NCBI GenBank assembly: GCA_963771885.1
Contig: CAVYVF010000023.1
Location: forward strand, 320,001-384,000
Length of the DNA: 64,000 nt
Source: Candidatus Bathyarchaeota archaeon
GTDB lineage: Archaea; Thermoproteota; Bathyarchaeia; TCS64
Direction of reading: 5' to 3'
Position numbers and translations under genes: made by a program. Below, one piece after another: positions 18,702-28,515 of this stretch. The number at the start of each line of letters is the position of its first letter. The first letter of the stretch is position 1. The notes under the pieces are model-generated. The model saw only the letters and a program-made list of their open reading frames with translations, did not search any database and had not been told where the DNA came from.

Positions 18702-21431
18702 CTATTTCCAGCGCCAAATCTTCCTGCCGTAGAAGACCTCGGGCAGTATCAGCAGCCCCGTCATGGATGCTGCAAATACTATGACCCAGTCCATCGGGTT
18801 GGTCAGCCAGACCATACCGAAGACGCCGAAGTAGGGCAGGAAGACGGTCAACACCATCGAGACCACCACCGCGCCGAGCAGGAACTTGTTCGACGTGAAC
18901 CCGGTCACGAAGGCGTTGTGCTTTTCAGACCTGCAGTTCCAGACGACGAAGAGCTCCTGTAGCGAGGCGCGCATGAACGCCATCGTCCTCGCGTATGCGA
19001 GCTTGTCGGGCGTGAGCGGCCCAGGCGCTATGTAATACTGATAGTAGAACAGCCCACCGGTGAGGGATAGCTGCAGTATGAAGGTCACGATTATCGAAGC
19101 CATCCGGCCGTGTAAGATTCCCTCGTTGGGGTCGCGCGGCGGGCGCTGCATTACGTCTTTCTGCGGTGGATCCATCGTCAGTGCGAGGGCGGGTCCTCCG
19201 TCCGTGACTAGGTTTAGCCATAGAATCATTGCAGCCGTGAGAGGTAGCTCCAAACCTGCGAGCGCAAAGACGCCTATGATGGCGAGTTCGTCGAAGTTGC
19301 ACCTCATGAGGAAGAACGTGAACTTCCTGATGTTGTCGTAGATGGTTCTGCCGCCCTCGATCGCGCTCACGATTGTGGCGAAGTTGTCGTCGGCGAGGAC
19401 CATATGGGATGCCTCCCTCGTGACGTCGGTGCCGGTGATGCCCATGGCGATACCGATGTCGGACTGCTTGAGCGCGGGGGCGTCGTTTACGCCGTCGCCG
19501 CTCATGGCGACGATATTGCCCTTCGCTTTCAAGGCCCTAACTATCTTGATCTTGTGCTCAGGCGAGACCCTAGCGTAGACATTGACGTCCGAGACAATCT
19601 TCTGGTAGGTCTCGTCGTCCATAGCGTCTAGCTCGGCACCCGTCAGGACCTTGCCCTCCTTGAGGATTCCGAGCTCCTTCGCCACCGCCTCGGCGGTCAA
19701 CTTGTGGTCGCCGGTGATCATCACCGTCTTGATGCCCGCCTCGTCGCACTTCCTGACGGCGTCCTTGACCTCCGCCCTAGGCGGGTCGATCATGCCGATG
19801 AGTCCGACGAATGTGAGCGTCGCCTCAATCTCGTCCTCGCTTAGCTCGTCAACCTTTGAGTCGGGGAGGTTACGGTACGCAACGCCGAGGACGCGTAGCG
19901 CCTTGTGTGCCATCCTCTCGTTTGCCTGCAGGATCTCCTTCCTCTTCTCGTCAGTGAGCTTTACCGATTTTCCGTTCACCATCACCGCCGAGCAGCGTTC
20001 GAGCACGAGCTCTGTCGCACCCTTGACATTGCACACGAGGGTATCTCCCTCGTGCTTGTGGATTGTGGACATCCTCTTCCTCTCAGAGGAGAACGTGATC
20101 TCGTGGACGCGTGGAGCCTCCTTGTCCAGTTCAGGTTTGTTCAGCCCGAGCTTCGCCGCCGCAACGATCAGCGCGCCCTCCGTGGTATCTCCGATGACCT
20201 TTGTCCCATCGAGGATCGCGTTAGAGCATAGAGTCGAAGCCCTCAGGATAAGGTCCAGACTGGGCTTCTCACCCTTCTTCAGGCTTTTACCCTCGAGGAG
20301 GAACTCGCCCTTCTGCTCGTAGCCCACGCCGGTGACCTCTATCGTGTCATGGTCGACGTAGATCTCGCGCACCGTCATCTCTCCCTTCGTCAGCGTACCC
20401 GTCTTGTCCGAACAGACTACTGTGACGGCGCCAAGCGTCTCAGCGGACGAGAGCTTCCTAAGAACCGCGTTCCTCTTCGCCAGCTCCCTCGCACCGAGTG
20501 CGAGCGAGATCGTGACGACAGCAGGTAAGCCCTCTGGGACCGCCGATACAGCTAGTGACACAGAGACCATTAGGGAGTCAAGTATCGACTCGATTCCGAA
20601 ACCGCTCCTGAAGATCTCGACTACAAAGATGAGTATGACGATGCCGATGATGATCTTACCGAGCTTAGTAGCGAAACTCTCCAGCTTCTGTTGTAGGGGG
20701 GTGTCCCCCTCCTCAACACTCTGGACGAGCTCTGCGATCTTTCCGAACTCGGTCGTCATACCTGTCCCGGTTACGACCGCTTTGGCACGCCCATATGTTG
20801 CGTAGGTCCCCATGTACACCATGTTCTTCCTGTCGGCCACAGGGGTGTTATCGGACATCACGCCGCGCTTCTTGCTAACTGGCGAGGATTCACCCGTGAG
20901 GGCAGCCTCCGCCGTCATAAGATCGGTCGACTCGATCAGCACGGCGTCGGCTGGGATATGGTCGCCGGCTTCCAGGATCAGGATGTCGCCGGGGACTACT
21001 TCCCTCGCTGCCAGTACCGTTGGTTTACCATCCCTCAGTACATGGGCGCGCGGGGCCTGGAGCTTCTTCATAGCCTCGATCGCCTTCTCCGAACGATACT
21101 CCTGGACGAAGCCGACCGCCGCGTTTAGGACTACAATGAGACCGATGGTTATGGCATCGATGTACTCGTTCATCGACTCCTCGCCGCCGCTCTTGTACCA
21201 ACCGATGGCGACCGAGACAACTATAGCTACGAGGAGCATTATGACGAAGATGTCCTTAAACTGGTTGAGCAGTATCTGGAGTGGGGTTATCCGCTTCTTC
21301 TCAACGAGTTCGTTGTAGCCGTATTGTTTGATTTTTGCCTCGGCTTCGGAGGATGTGATGCCGTTCTCATTGGTTTTTAGATCACTCAGTATTTCATGAA
21401 CATCTCTTGTGTACCATTGCTTCTTCTCCAA
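18702..21431 (-). CDS. P-type ATPase, type IIA (Ca2+-transporting-like)
   Basis: TGES, VPEGLP, DKTGTLT, KGA, DPPR, TGD, GDGVNDAPAL, LWLNLVTDG. Confidence 0.95.
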   Translation of the reverse strand: MEKKQWYTRDVHEILSDLKTNENGITSSEAEAKIKQYGYNELVEKKRITPLQILLNQFKDIFVIMLLVAIVVSVAIGWYKSGGEESMNEYIDAITIGLIVVLNAAVGFVQEYRSEKAIEAMKKLQAPRAHVLRDGKPTVLAAREVVPGDILILEAGDHIPADAVLIESTDLMTAEAALTGESSPVSKKRGVMSDNTPVADRKNMVYMGTYATYGRAKAVVTGTGMTTEFGKIAELVQSVEEGDTPLQQKLESFATKLGKIIIGIVILIFVVEIFRSGFGIESILDSLMVSVSLAVSAVPEGLPAVVTISLALGARELAKRNAVLRKLSSAETLGAVTVVCSDKTGTLTKGEMTVREIYVDHDTIEVTGVGYEQKGEFLLEGKSLKKGEKPSLDLILRASTLCSNAILDGTKVIGDTTEGALIVAAAKLGLNKPELDKEAPRVHEITFSSERKRMSTIHKHEGDTLVCNVKGATELVLERCSAVMVNGKSVKLTDEKRKEILQANERMAHKALRVLGVAYRNLPDSKVDELSEDEIEATLTFVGLIGMIDPPRAEVKDAVRKCDEAGIKTVMITGDHKLTAEAVAKELGILKEGKVLTGAELDAMDDETYQKIVSDVNVYARVSPEHKIKIVRALKAKGNIVAMSGDGVNDAPALKQSDIGIAMGITGTDVTREASHMVLADDNFATIVSAIEGGRTIYDNIRKFTFFLMRCNFDELAIIGVFALAGLELPLTAAMILWLNLVTDGGPALALTMDPPQKDVMQRPPRDPNEGILHGRMASIIVTFILQLSLTGGLFYYQYYIAPGPLTPDKLAYARTMAFMRASLQELFVVWNCRSEKHNAFVTGFTSNKFLLGAVVVSMVLTVFLPYFGVFGMVWLTNPMDWVIVFAASMTGLLILPEVFYGRKIWRWK

Positions 21432-21546
21432 GCAATCACCGCGTGTCCCTTTCCTAGAAATTCAGTACCCCTAAAAAGATTTGGGCTGATATTTTTCGTG
21501 GATAAAATCTGTTATAGGCTGTAACTGCATCGTTATTCTGACTGTC

Positions 21547-22209
21547 TTGGTTAAGAAAGCGAAAGTCGATTTGGCTCTGATCAGGGAGAAACTAAACTCA
21601 AGCCTACTTAGCGACGTACTCGACGGAATGGGTATAAGGAATCAATGTATGTCTCAGGGGATCCGTCCCGCCTACCCGGGCGCAAAGGTCGTTGGGTGGG
21701 CGCACACGATGCTCATGGTCGACCAGCACGAGCCGGAGCAGGACACATTCAAGCTGCAGCTTGAGGGGATCGACTCCCTGAAGGGCGACGACTTAATGAT
21801 CGTCGCTTCGAACGGCTCGACCTCCGCAGCACTCTGGGGCGAGCTTCTCTCCACAGCCGCACGGTGCAGGGGTGCGACAGGCGCAGTCATCGACGGTCTC
21901 GTCCGCGACATAAGCCAGATCGAGGAGATGAAGTTCCCCGTCTTCGCCTCGGGGATTCGCCCGATCAGCAGCAAGGGGCGTGTCATCGCGATAGGCTATG
22001 GTTGCAGAATAAGGTGCGGGGGTGTAAACGTCGAAGAGGGTGACCTCATCGTCGGTGACGTCGACGGGGTGACCGTCGTCCCGGACACGGCGGTTGAAGA
22101 GGTGGTGAAACGGGCATTTGAGAGGGCAAGCAGCGAGAGAAAGACGCGCAAGGAACTCCTCGCCGGATCCACGCTCAGCGCCGTGTACCAGAAGTACGGC
22201 ACGATCTAG
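21547..22209 (+). CDS. RraA-family / HMG aldolase-like protein
   Basis: LSDVLD, ALWGELLS, VIDGLVRD, FPVFA, GDLIVGDVDGV. Confidence 0.88.
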   Translation: MVKKAKVDLALIREKLNSSLLSDVLDGMGIRNQCMSQGIRPAYPGAKVVGWAHTMLMVDQHEPEQDTFKLQLEGIDSLKGDDLMIVASNGSTSAALWGELLSTAARCRGATGAVIDGLVRDISQIEEMKFPVFASGIRPISSKGRVIAIGYGCRIRCGGVNVEEGDLIVGDVDGVTVVPDTAVEEVVKRAFERASSERKTRKELLAGSTLSAVYQKYGTI

Positions 22210-24161
22210 CCGAAGCCGAGAAATACCAGAACCCGGAAGATTACACCTCCCAGAGCAACAGCTAGAAAAACCTCTACCAAGCTTATCACCGCAGCTGTCC
22301 TCGTACCGAACTCCTTGGCGAGCACCGCAATGGTCGCGAGGCAGGGTAAGTAGAGCATCACGACAAAGGCGAAGACGAACATCTGTGCCGGTGTCAAGAT
22401 AAGGGCAAAGTTCGTAGTCCCCATGATAGACGCGAGGAGGATGAGTGTCAGCTCTTTTCTAAGGACGCCAAAGATAAGCACGACGCCAGTCGCGGCGGGT
22501 AGCCCGAGCCACCACACCGTGACCGGGCTGAACAAATCCTGCACCACATTAAGTAGCCCCAACGTGTTTGCGACATAGATCACAAGGTTCCCAGCGACCA
22601 TAATCGGGAACGCCTCATAGACAAAGTCCTTGACCCTGAACCAAGTCCGCTGCGCCGTAATCTTCGATGAAGGGAGCTTGTAAACAGGCATTTCCATTAT
22701 CAACCCAACTGGTTCCCCGGGGAGCACCTTGAAGGCAACCCTACCCAGCGCAAAGATGATGATGAAGTCGATGAGGTAGAGGGCGACCGCCCACTCGAAG
22801 CCGAGGTACGTTGCGACGAGACCCATGATGACGATGCTCCTCGCAGCGCAGGGCACGAGGCTTGATACAAAGGCGCAGATTAGGCGTTCCCTCTCCGTCT
22901 CCATAATGCTACAGCCGAGGCACGCTGGTACGTTGCACCCGAAGCCAAGCATCATTGGGATGAAGCCCTTCCCGTGCAACCCGATCTTATGCATAAGAGA
23001 ATCCATTAGGAAGGCTATTCTAGCGAGGTAGCCCGAGTCCTCGAGGAGGCTCAGGACGAGGAAGAACGGGACGATGTATGGGAGCGCAATCGAAACGCCG
23101 GCTATCACGCCCTCAATCAGACCCGTCCATATGAACGCTTGAATCACGCCGTCACCCAGCGAGGCGAAGTACACGTTTTTGAATGTCTCGAAGACATTGC
23201 CAAGTATTCCTGTCACAAAGTCCCCGACCGCGAAGATCGAGAGAAATGTCGCTAAGACGACGCTGATCATGATTGCGTATCCGATAACCGGGTGGCTCGT
23301 CGCGTCCTCAAGTTCCCTCAGGATATTTCTCCTCGACTCGACGTGTATCGAAGCCTCGGCTGCTATCCTGCTCGCTTGGATGTACCGCTCCGAAGTTATG
23401 ACACTGGCTGCGTCGTGACCGTGTATTTCCTCCATCTTGCGCCTCGCGGCTGCGACCCGCCCTTCACATGCGGGGCAGTTTGGGTAGACGAGCTTCTCAA
23501 TCTCATCATCGCCCTCAAGGAGCTTTATCGCGACCCAACGCCGGGGGTAGGGGGACTCGACGCCCTCGAGTATCGTCATTATTTCACTGACGGTCTTCTC
23601 TACCTCGGTGCCGAAGGGGAGCGGTCGGGAAACCGGGGAGTCGTTAACATGTATCTTAATCGCCTCGTCCATTAACTCGTGCAGCCCAAGGTTCTTCACC
23701 GCCGTCGTAGCGACGACAGGGACTCCGAGGAGGGTGGAGAGCCTTTGAGCGTTGACGCGTATGCCCCGCTTCTCGGCAACGTCAACAAGATTCAACGCGA
23801 CGACGAGGTGTGGCTCAAGCTCGAGGAGCTGGGCCGTGAAGAAGAGGTTCCTCTCTAGCGCTGAGGCGTCGACGACGTTTATGAGGGCGTCGGGGTGCTC
23901 TACAGCGATGTATTCCCTGCTGACCTGCTCCTCTAGGCTGTAAGTGCTCAGGCTGTAGATGCCGGGAAGATCGACTACATCGATCGTGTAACCATCATGT
24001 ACAAGTGTCCCCTCAGCCCGTTTCACTGTCTTACCCGGCCAGTTGCCGACATGTTGGTGGAGTCCCGTGAGCTGGTTGAAGATAACGCTCTTGCCGACGT
24101 TCGCGTTACCCGCAAGGGCGACGGTCAGCAACCATTCATCTTTGTGGATTATATTCGACAA
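22206..24161 (-). CDS. feoB: Ferrous iron transporter FeoB
   Basis: G1 GNANVGKS, G2 NWPGKT, G3 DLPGIYSL, EDSGYLAR, GFGCNVPA, YLPCLAT. Confidence 0.96.
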   Translation of the reverse strand: MSNIIHKDEWLLTVALAGNANVGKSVIFNQLTGLHQHVGNWPGKTVKRAEGTLVHDGYTIDVVDLPGIYSLSTYSLEEQVSREYIAVEHPDALINVVDASALERNLFFTAQLLELEPHLVVALNLVDVAEKRGIRVNAQRLSTLLGVPVVATTAVKNLGLHELMDEAIKIHVNDSPVSRPLPFGTEVEKTVSEIMTILEGVESPYPRRWVAIKLLEGDDEIEKLVYPNCPACEGRVAAARRKMEEIHGHDAASVITSERYIQASRIAAEASIHVESRRNILRELEDATSHPVIGYAIMISVVLATFLSIFAVGDFVTGILGNVFETFKNVYFASLGDGVIQAFIWTGLIEGVIAGVSIALPYIVPFFLVLSLLEDSGYLARIAFLMDSLMHKIGLHGKGFIPMMLGFGCNVPACLGCSIMETERERLICAFVSSLVPCAARSIVIMGLVATYLGFEWAVALYLIDFIIIFALGRVAFKVLPGEPVGLIMEMPVYKLPSSKITAQRTWFRVKDFVYEAFPIMVAGNLVIYVANTLGLLNVVQDLFSPVTVWWLGLPAATGVVLIFGVLRKELTLILLASIMGTTNFALILTPAQMFVFAFVVMLYLPCLATIAVLAKEFGTRTAAVISLVEVFLAVALGGVIFRVLVFLGFG

Positions 24162-24171
24162 GTTGACCGCC

Positions 24172-24921
24172 TCAGTGGATTACATGGTGGGGACCGTGTG
24201 GGTGTGTGGTCGGCGCGGTTGCCTCACCGACCTCGATGTAGACTTTGTCGGCAAGCCCCCTTCCAATTGCGAGTCGGGTTCCCCTGACCTCTATTTCGAC
24301 GGGTCCTTGAAATGGTGCGGCATTTATTACCTTGACCTCAGCGCCGGGGCAGAGGCCCATGTCACCAATCCTCTGGCAGGCGGTGCCACCGCCTTTCGTG
24401 AATGCGACCTTGCCTGAGTCCCTCGGTCTCATCCGCGACAGCTGCGCGAGGAGGCGCGGACGCCCGCTCTCCCTCTCCCTTAGGTTCTTGCAGTCCTCAC
24501 AGCTACTGTAGTCGAGTGTACAGGGGGGGATTGGGTTGCCGTCGTCTGGACACGTCGAAGGATTGTTGAGTTTCTCGCAGAGCGCACAAGCAACCTCGTC
24601 ACTCACACTGTGCTCGAGCCTGCAAGCCTCGTCATGCACCTTTTCCTTGGAGAACCCGAGAGAGTCGTGTAGGAACCTCTCGAGGAGCCTGTGCTTCCTG
24701 ACGACCTTCTGAGCCCTCGCGTTGCCTACGCCAGTGAGTAGAACGCCCTTGTATGGCTCATATGTTACGAGTCCCTCGTCGGCTAGCTTTTTTATCATCT
24801 GTGTGACGCTGGCAGGGGAGACATGAAGCTTCTCGGCGAGGTCCTGGTTTTTAGCTAGTTCGCCTTTTTCATTGAAAGTGTAGATTGCTTCTAGGTATTC
24901 CTCGACGCTGTCGCTCATCAC
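24172..24921 (-). CDS. DtxR/MntR-family metal-dependent repressor fused to a C-terminal FeoA domain
   Basis: EEYLEAIY, SPASVTQM, RKHRLLERFL, EACRLEH, CPDDGNPIP; FeoA-like DMGLCPGAEV...APFQGPVEIEVRGTRLAIGRG. Confidence 0.92.
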   Translation of the reverse strand: MMSDSVEEYLEAIYTFNEKGELAKNQDLAEKLHVSPASVTQMIKKLADEGLVTYEPYKGVLLTGVGNARAQKVVRKHRLLERFLHDSLGFSKEKVHDEACRLEHSVSDEVACALCEKLNNPSTCPDDGNPIPPCTLDYSSCEDCKNLRERESGRPRLLAQLSRMRPRDSGKVAFTKGGGTACQRIGDMGLCPGAEVKVINAAPFQGPVEIEVRGTRLAIGRGLADKVYIEVGEATAPTTHPHGPHHVIH

Positions 24922-24931
24922 GCCTCAGTCT

Positions 24932-24971
24932 TTTTAGGCATGCCTAAAATATAAAGTTTAGGCTTGCCTAA
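24932..24971. promoter_or_regulatory. Twin TTAGGC-N2-GCCTAA palindromic operators flanking the TATA box of the dtxR-feoB promoter
   Basis: Perfect palindrome TTTTAGGCATGCCTAAAA (24932-24949) and TTAGGCTTGCCTAA (24958-24971), with minus-strand TTTATA between them. Confidence 0.8.
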
Positions 24972-26014
24972 GAAAGAAGGTGATATAAGAAGCGAGGCGT
25001 CCTTAGGCAGCAGCCCTCCGCTCGGTAGTCGATCTTCTTAGATATCCTGCCCGCTGCGATCAGCTCATCGAGCACCTCGATGAAGGGATTGACTATGCTG
25101 ACTCCGTAGTCGCGGCGTAAGGCCCTCCATTCATCCAGCTCTATGCCGTATGCCTTCGCCCAGTGCGTCCTGTCGAGTGCGTACCAGAGGCGATAGAAGT
25201 CGAGGTCGCTTGCGCCGAGGATGCTCGTGATGCCCTCCTTGAGTACCCTTTTGTTTAGCTTCATGTCATGCATCTTATAGTTCGTGTCGAGGACGGAGAC
25301 CTCCGCCTTGCCCCGAGTAAGCTTAATGAGGCTGTTCTTCGGCGGCTGGTAGACCTTCTTCAATTCGTCCTTTATCGGTTCCATGCCGGCAAGGCTACTA
25401 GTCCAAATGACCTCGTCCTTGCCTATTCCTATGCAGCAGGGCTGCCACCTATTAGCGAGCCAGATGGTATCAGGCTCGGACTCGCTTATGAGGCAGAGGA
25501 GGACTTGCCCCGTGAGCTTGGGCATGACTGTATGTAGCGCCTCGTCGAAGCCTGCGCCTTTCTTGATTTCGTCGTCGATCATATGGACGGCGACCTCGCT
25601 ATCTGTGATCCAGTCGATGGCGGGGTTGTACGCCTTGAACTTGTGGCTCGGCTTGAGGCGCGCCCAGTGCTCCTTGAAGTTGGAGATGTCTCCGTTGTGC
25701 ATCATAGCGATGTCGCCAGCGTCGTTGGTGAAGGGGTGGCACATGTTGTCTGCGTCGTACCGGGGGTCCTCGCGGGCGTAGGCGCTGTACCGGCTGTGAC
25801 CAATCCCGATGCTGCCCCTTAGCTTTGCGATCTTGGTGGTTTTCTTGACCATGGCGACTGGACCGGTCGCCTTCTGGAGTTGTATCTTACCCTTGGCGTC
25901 GATGACGCCTATACCCGTCGCGTGGGCGGCGAAGTAGGGTTCTTGGATTTCTAGGGCCTTGAGAACCAGAGACGCTATGGGTCTGTCCCCTATGTATCCG
26001 ACAAGTTGGCACAT
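24968..26014 (-). CDS. Class II glutamine amidotransferase (Ntn hydrolase) domain protein
   Basis: Cys at position 2 (MCQLVG), GIGHSRYS, HPF, MMHNGDISNF, TDSE. Confidence 0.85.
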   Translation of the reverse strand: MCQLVGYIGDRPIASLVLKALEIQEPYFAAHATGIGVIDAKGKIQLQKATGPVAMVKKTTKIAKLRGSIGIGHSRYSAYAREDPRYDADNMCHPFTNDAGDIAMMHNGDISNFKEHWARLKPSHKFKAYNPAIDWITDSEVAVHMIDDEIKKGAGFDEALHTVMPKLTGQVLLCLISESEPDTIWLANRWQPCCIGIGKDEVIWTSSLAGMEPIKDELKKVYQPPKNSLIKLTRGKAEVSVLDTNYKMHDMKLNKRVLKEGITSILGASDLDFYRLWYALDRTHWAKAYGIELDEWRALRRDYGVSIVNPFIEVLDELIAAGRISKKIDYRAEGCCLRTPRFLYHLLS

Positions 26015-26106
26015 TGGGGGAGAGTACGCCTCTGCGTGTATTAAAAACTGAGTATAATCGGAGCAAAACTATGAATAAAAATGGCTAATTTTTTTATCTA
26101 ACTGCG

Positions 26107-26601
26107 CTAGGCGAGCCTCATATTTCCCCGCTCGATGGCGGCTGCGCCGGTCCTGCTCATCTCCTCTATGCCGATGGGCGCGATCTTCTTGAGGAACTCA
26201 TCGATCTCGTCGGTGGGTCCCGTGACCTCTGCGATGAGTATGTCCGGCTCCACATCGAGGATGAGTCCGTGGTATGCGTTTACAGTGTTGACTGCCTCGA
26301 TCCTTGCGATCGGGTCCGATGTCTTCATTTTAATAAGCAGTAATTCCCTGCTGAGTGTCCTGATTGGGTCGAGGCGTTTCACCTTGACGACATCAACCAT
26401 CTTGTCGAGCTGTTCGACTATCTGGTTCAGTATCTTGCTCTCAGCGTCTACTACGACCGTCATTCTACTTAGCGGGCTACCCTCAACTGGGCCGACTGTG
26501 AGGCTCTGGATGTTGTAGCCTCGGCGCCGGAAGAGGTTGGCGACTTTGAAGAGGACTCCCGGTTTGTTTTCGACGAGGAAGCTGACTGTGTGTAGTGGCA
26601 T
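26107..26601 (-). CDS. ilvH: Acetolactate synthase small (regulatory) subunit, copy 1
   Basis: ACT domain VENKPGVL...LFRRRGYNIQSLTVG, QLDKMVDV, RELLLIK, SRTG. Confidence 0.93.
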   Translation of the reverse strand: MPLHTVSFLVENKPGVLFKVANLFRRRGYNIQSLTVGPVEGSPLSRMTVVVDAESKILNQIVEQLDKMVDVVKVKRLDPIRTLSRELLLIKMKTSDPIARIEAVNTVNAYHGLILDVEPDILIAEVTGPTDEIDEFLKKIAPIGIEEMSRTGAAAIERGNMRLA

Positions 26602-26602
26602 C

Positions 26603-28286
26603 TTAGACGCCTCCTAGGAGGATGTCCTTTAGCCCCATGCCCGGCGGGATCATAGGGTAGACGTTCTCCTCTGGGTCGATAGGGACCTCGATGACGGTCG
26701 TCTGCTTGTCTTTGATGCTCCTCTTTATGGCTGACTCTATCTGCTTCGTGGACTCTGCCTTGATACCTACGGCTCCGTAGGTCTCGGCGAGCTTGGCGAA
26801 GTCGGGGTGCTTCGGTCTCGTTATTGTGCTGTATCTGCGGTCGTAGAATAGGCGCTGCCACTGTGCGACCATGCCGAGGACGCCGTTGTTTAGTATGACG
26901 ACGGTTATGGGGAAACCCTCATCCACAGCGAGTGCGAGGTTGTTCTCCGTCATGGCGAAGCTGCCGTCGCCGCTGATGTTGAGGACGGGGAGGTCAGGGC
27001 GCGCTGCCTTGGCGCCGATGGCTGCTGGCGTCCCCCAGCCCATCGTACCGAGACCGCCACTTGTGAAGAACTCGCCGGCGCCGTGTACGTCGTAGTGCTG
27101 GGCCGCCCACATCTGGTGCTGGCCCACGTCGGTCACGACTATGCTCTTCGCGGGCATAGCTCTCCGTATCGCACGGATAACCTCTGGGCCAGAGAGTGGC
27201 GAGGTGTTGAGTGTGTTCGTCTGCGCCCGTAACTCAGCGATCCTCTTTATGAGCGCCTCGTCCTTCTTGCCGGTCTTCCTCTGCTGGGCGACCTTATCTC
27301 CTATCCCGCGTAGGGCGAGCCTTGCGTCGCCCGACTATCCTCGTGATGCTGTCGACGTTCTTGTCTATCTCACTCCTGTCGACGTCGACATGGATGATAC
27401 GAGCGTTCGGGGCGAAGCCCCTGAGCGAGCCGGTTGTGCGGTCGCTGAAGCGCGCGCCGACGACTAGGAGGACATCCGCCTCAGGGACCACATAATTCGC
27501 CTCGCAGCGCCCGTGCATCCCGCAGAGCCCGAGGCTGAGCGGGTGGTCGCTGGGTATGGCGCCCTTTCCCATGAGGCTGTGGGCTACGGGTGCCTGCAGC
27601 ATCTCGGCAAGCTCGATAAGCTCCGACGTTGCCCCTGCTGCGACGGCTCCTCCACCGGCGATGATGACGGGTCGGTGCGCCTTCGAAAGAAGCGTCGCGG
27701 CCCAGTGTATCTCCTGAGGGTTGGGCTCAGCGCTCGGGTGGTACCCGCGGAACTCGACCTTGTCCGGGAAGACCATCTCAGCCCTATCCGTCTGGGTGTC
27801 CTTTGGGATGTCGACTAGGACAGCGCCCTTCCTGCCGGTCGATGAGATGTGGAAGGCGGACTTGATCGCGTGCGGTATCTCCGCCGCCTCCATGACCTGT
27901 ATGTTGTGCTTAGTGACGGAGGCGGTGATGCCTATGATGTCGACCTCTTGGAAGGCGTCGGTTCCCACCATGCTGAGTGGGACCTGCCCCGTGAGGGCGA
28001 CGACGGGCGACGAGTCGAGCTGCGCCGTTGCGAGCCCAGTCACGATGTTGGTCGCGCCGGGTCCGCTGGTCACCTGCACGACGCCAGGTCTCCCGGAGAC
28101 GCGCGCGTAGCCGTCCGCCATGTGGGTGGAGCCCTGCTCGTGGACGCCGCCCACGTAGCGGATCTTCGACTTGAGCAGCTCGTCGCATATCGGGATAATA
28201 GCGGCGCCGGTTATACCGAACAGGTACTCGACGCCCTCCTTTTCAAGCGCCTTGACGTAAGCCTCGGCGCCAGTCATCTCAGGCAT
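26603..28286 (-). CDS. ilvB: Acetolactate synthase large subunit, copy 1; apparent +1 frameshift at about 27331
   Basis: HEQGSTHMADGYAR, TSGPGATN, DAFQEVD, DVGQHQMW, SGGLGTMG, GDGSF; removing one G from GTCGGGCGAC restores one ORF. Confidence 0.92.
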
Positions 28287-28481
28287 GCATGGAATCCTCC
28301 AGTTGTTGAATTTTCTAGGATCATTGATCCAGTTGTCTCTGACGGGAATCTAGGGACTAAGAATACGATTCCCCATTCAGCTCTCCCCCGCGCTCGGGGG
28401 CTCGACAAAGCAATACCCCATGTTCCATCCTCCCTTGCGGGATGTAAGCTAACCAAACTACGGATCGAATAAAAAGGTTTG
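28287..28481 (-). promoter_or_regulatory. Promoter and long structured 5' leader of ilvBH copy 1
   Basis: CAAACCTTTTTATTCG promoter, TACAT, two ATGGGGWATYGYWTT motifs 45 nt apart separated by a GC hairpin; same layout precedes ilvB copy 2. Confidence 0.7.
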
Positions 28482-28515
28482 GAGTAACAAAAACCCAACA
28501 AAATTTGACTTGTAG

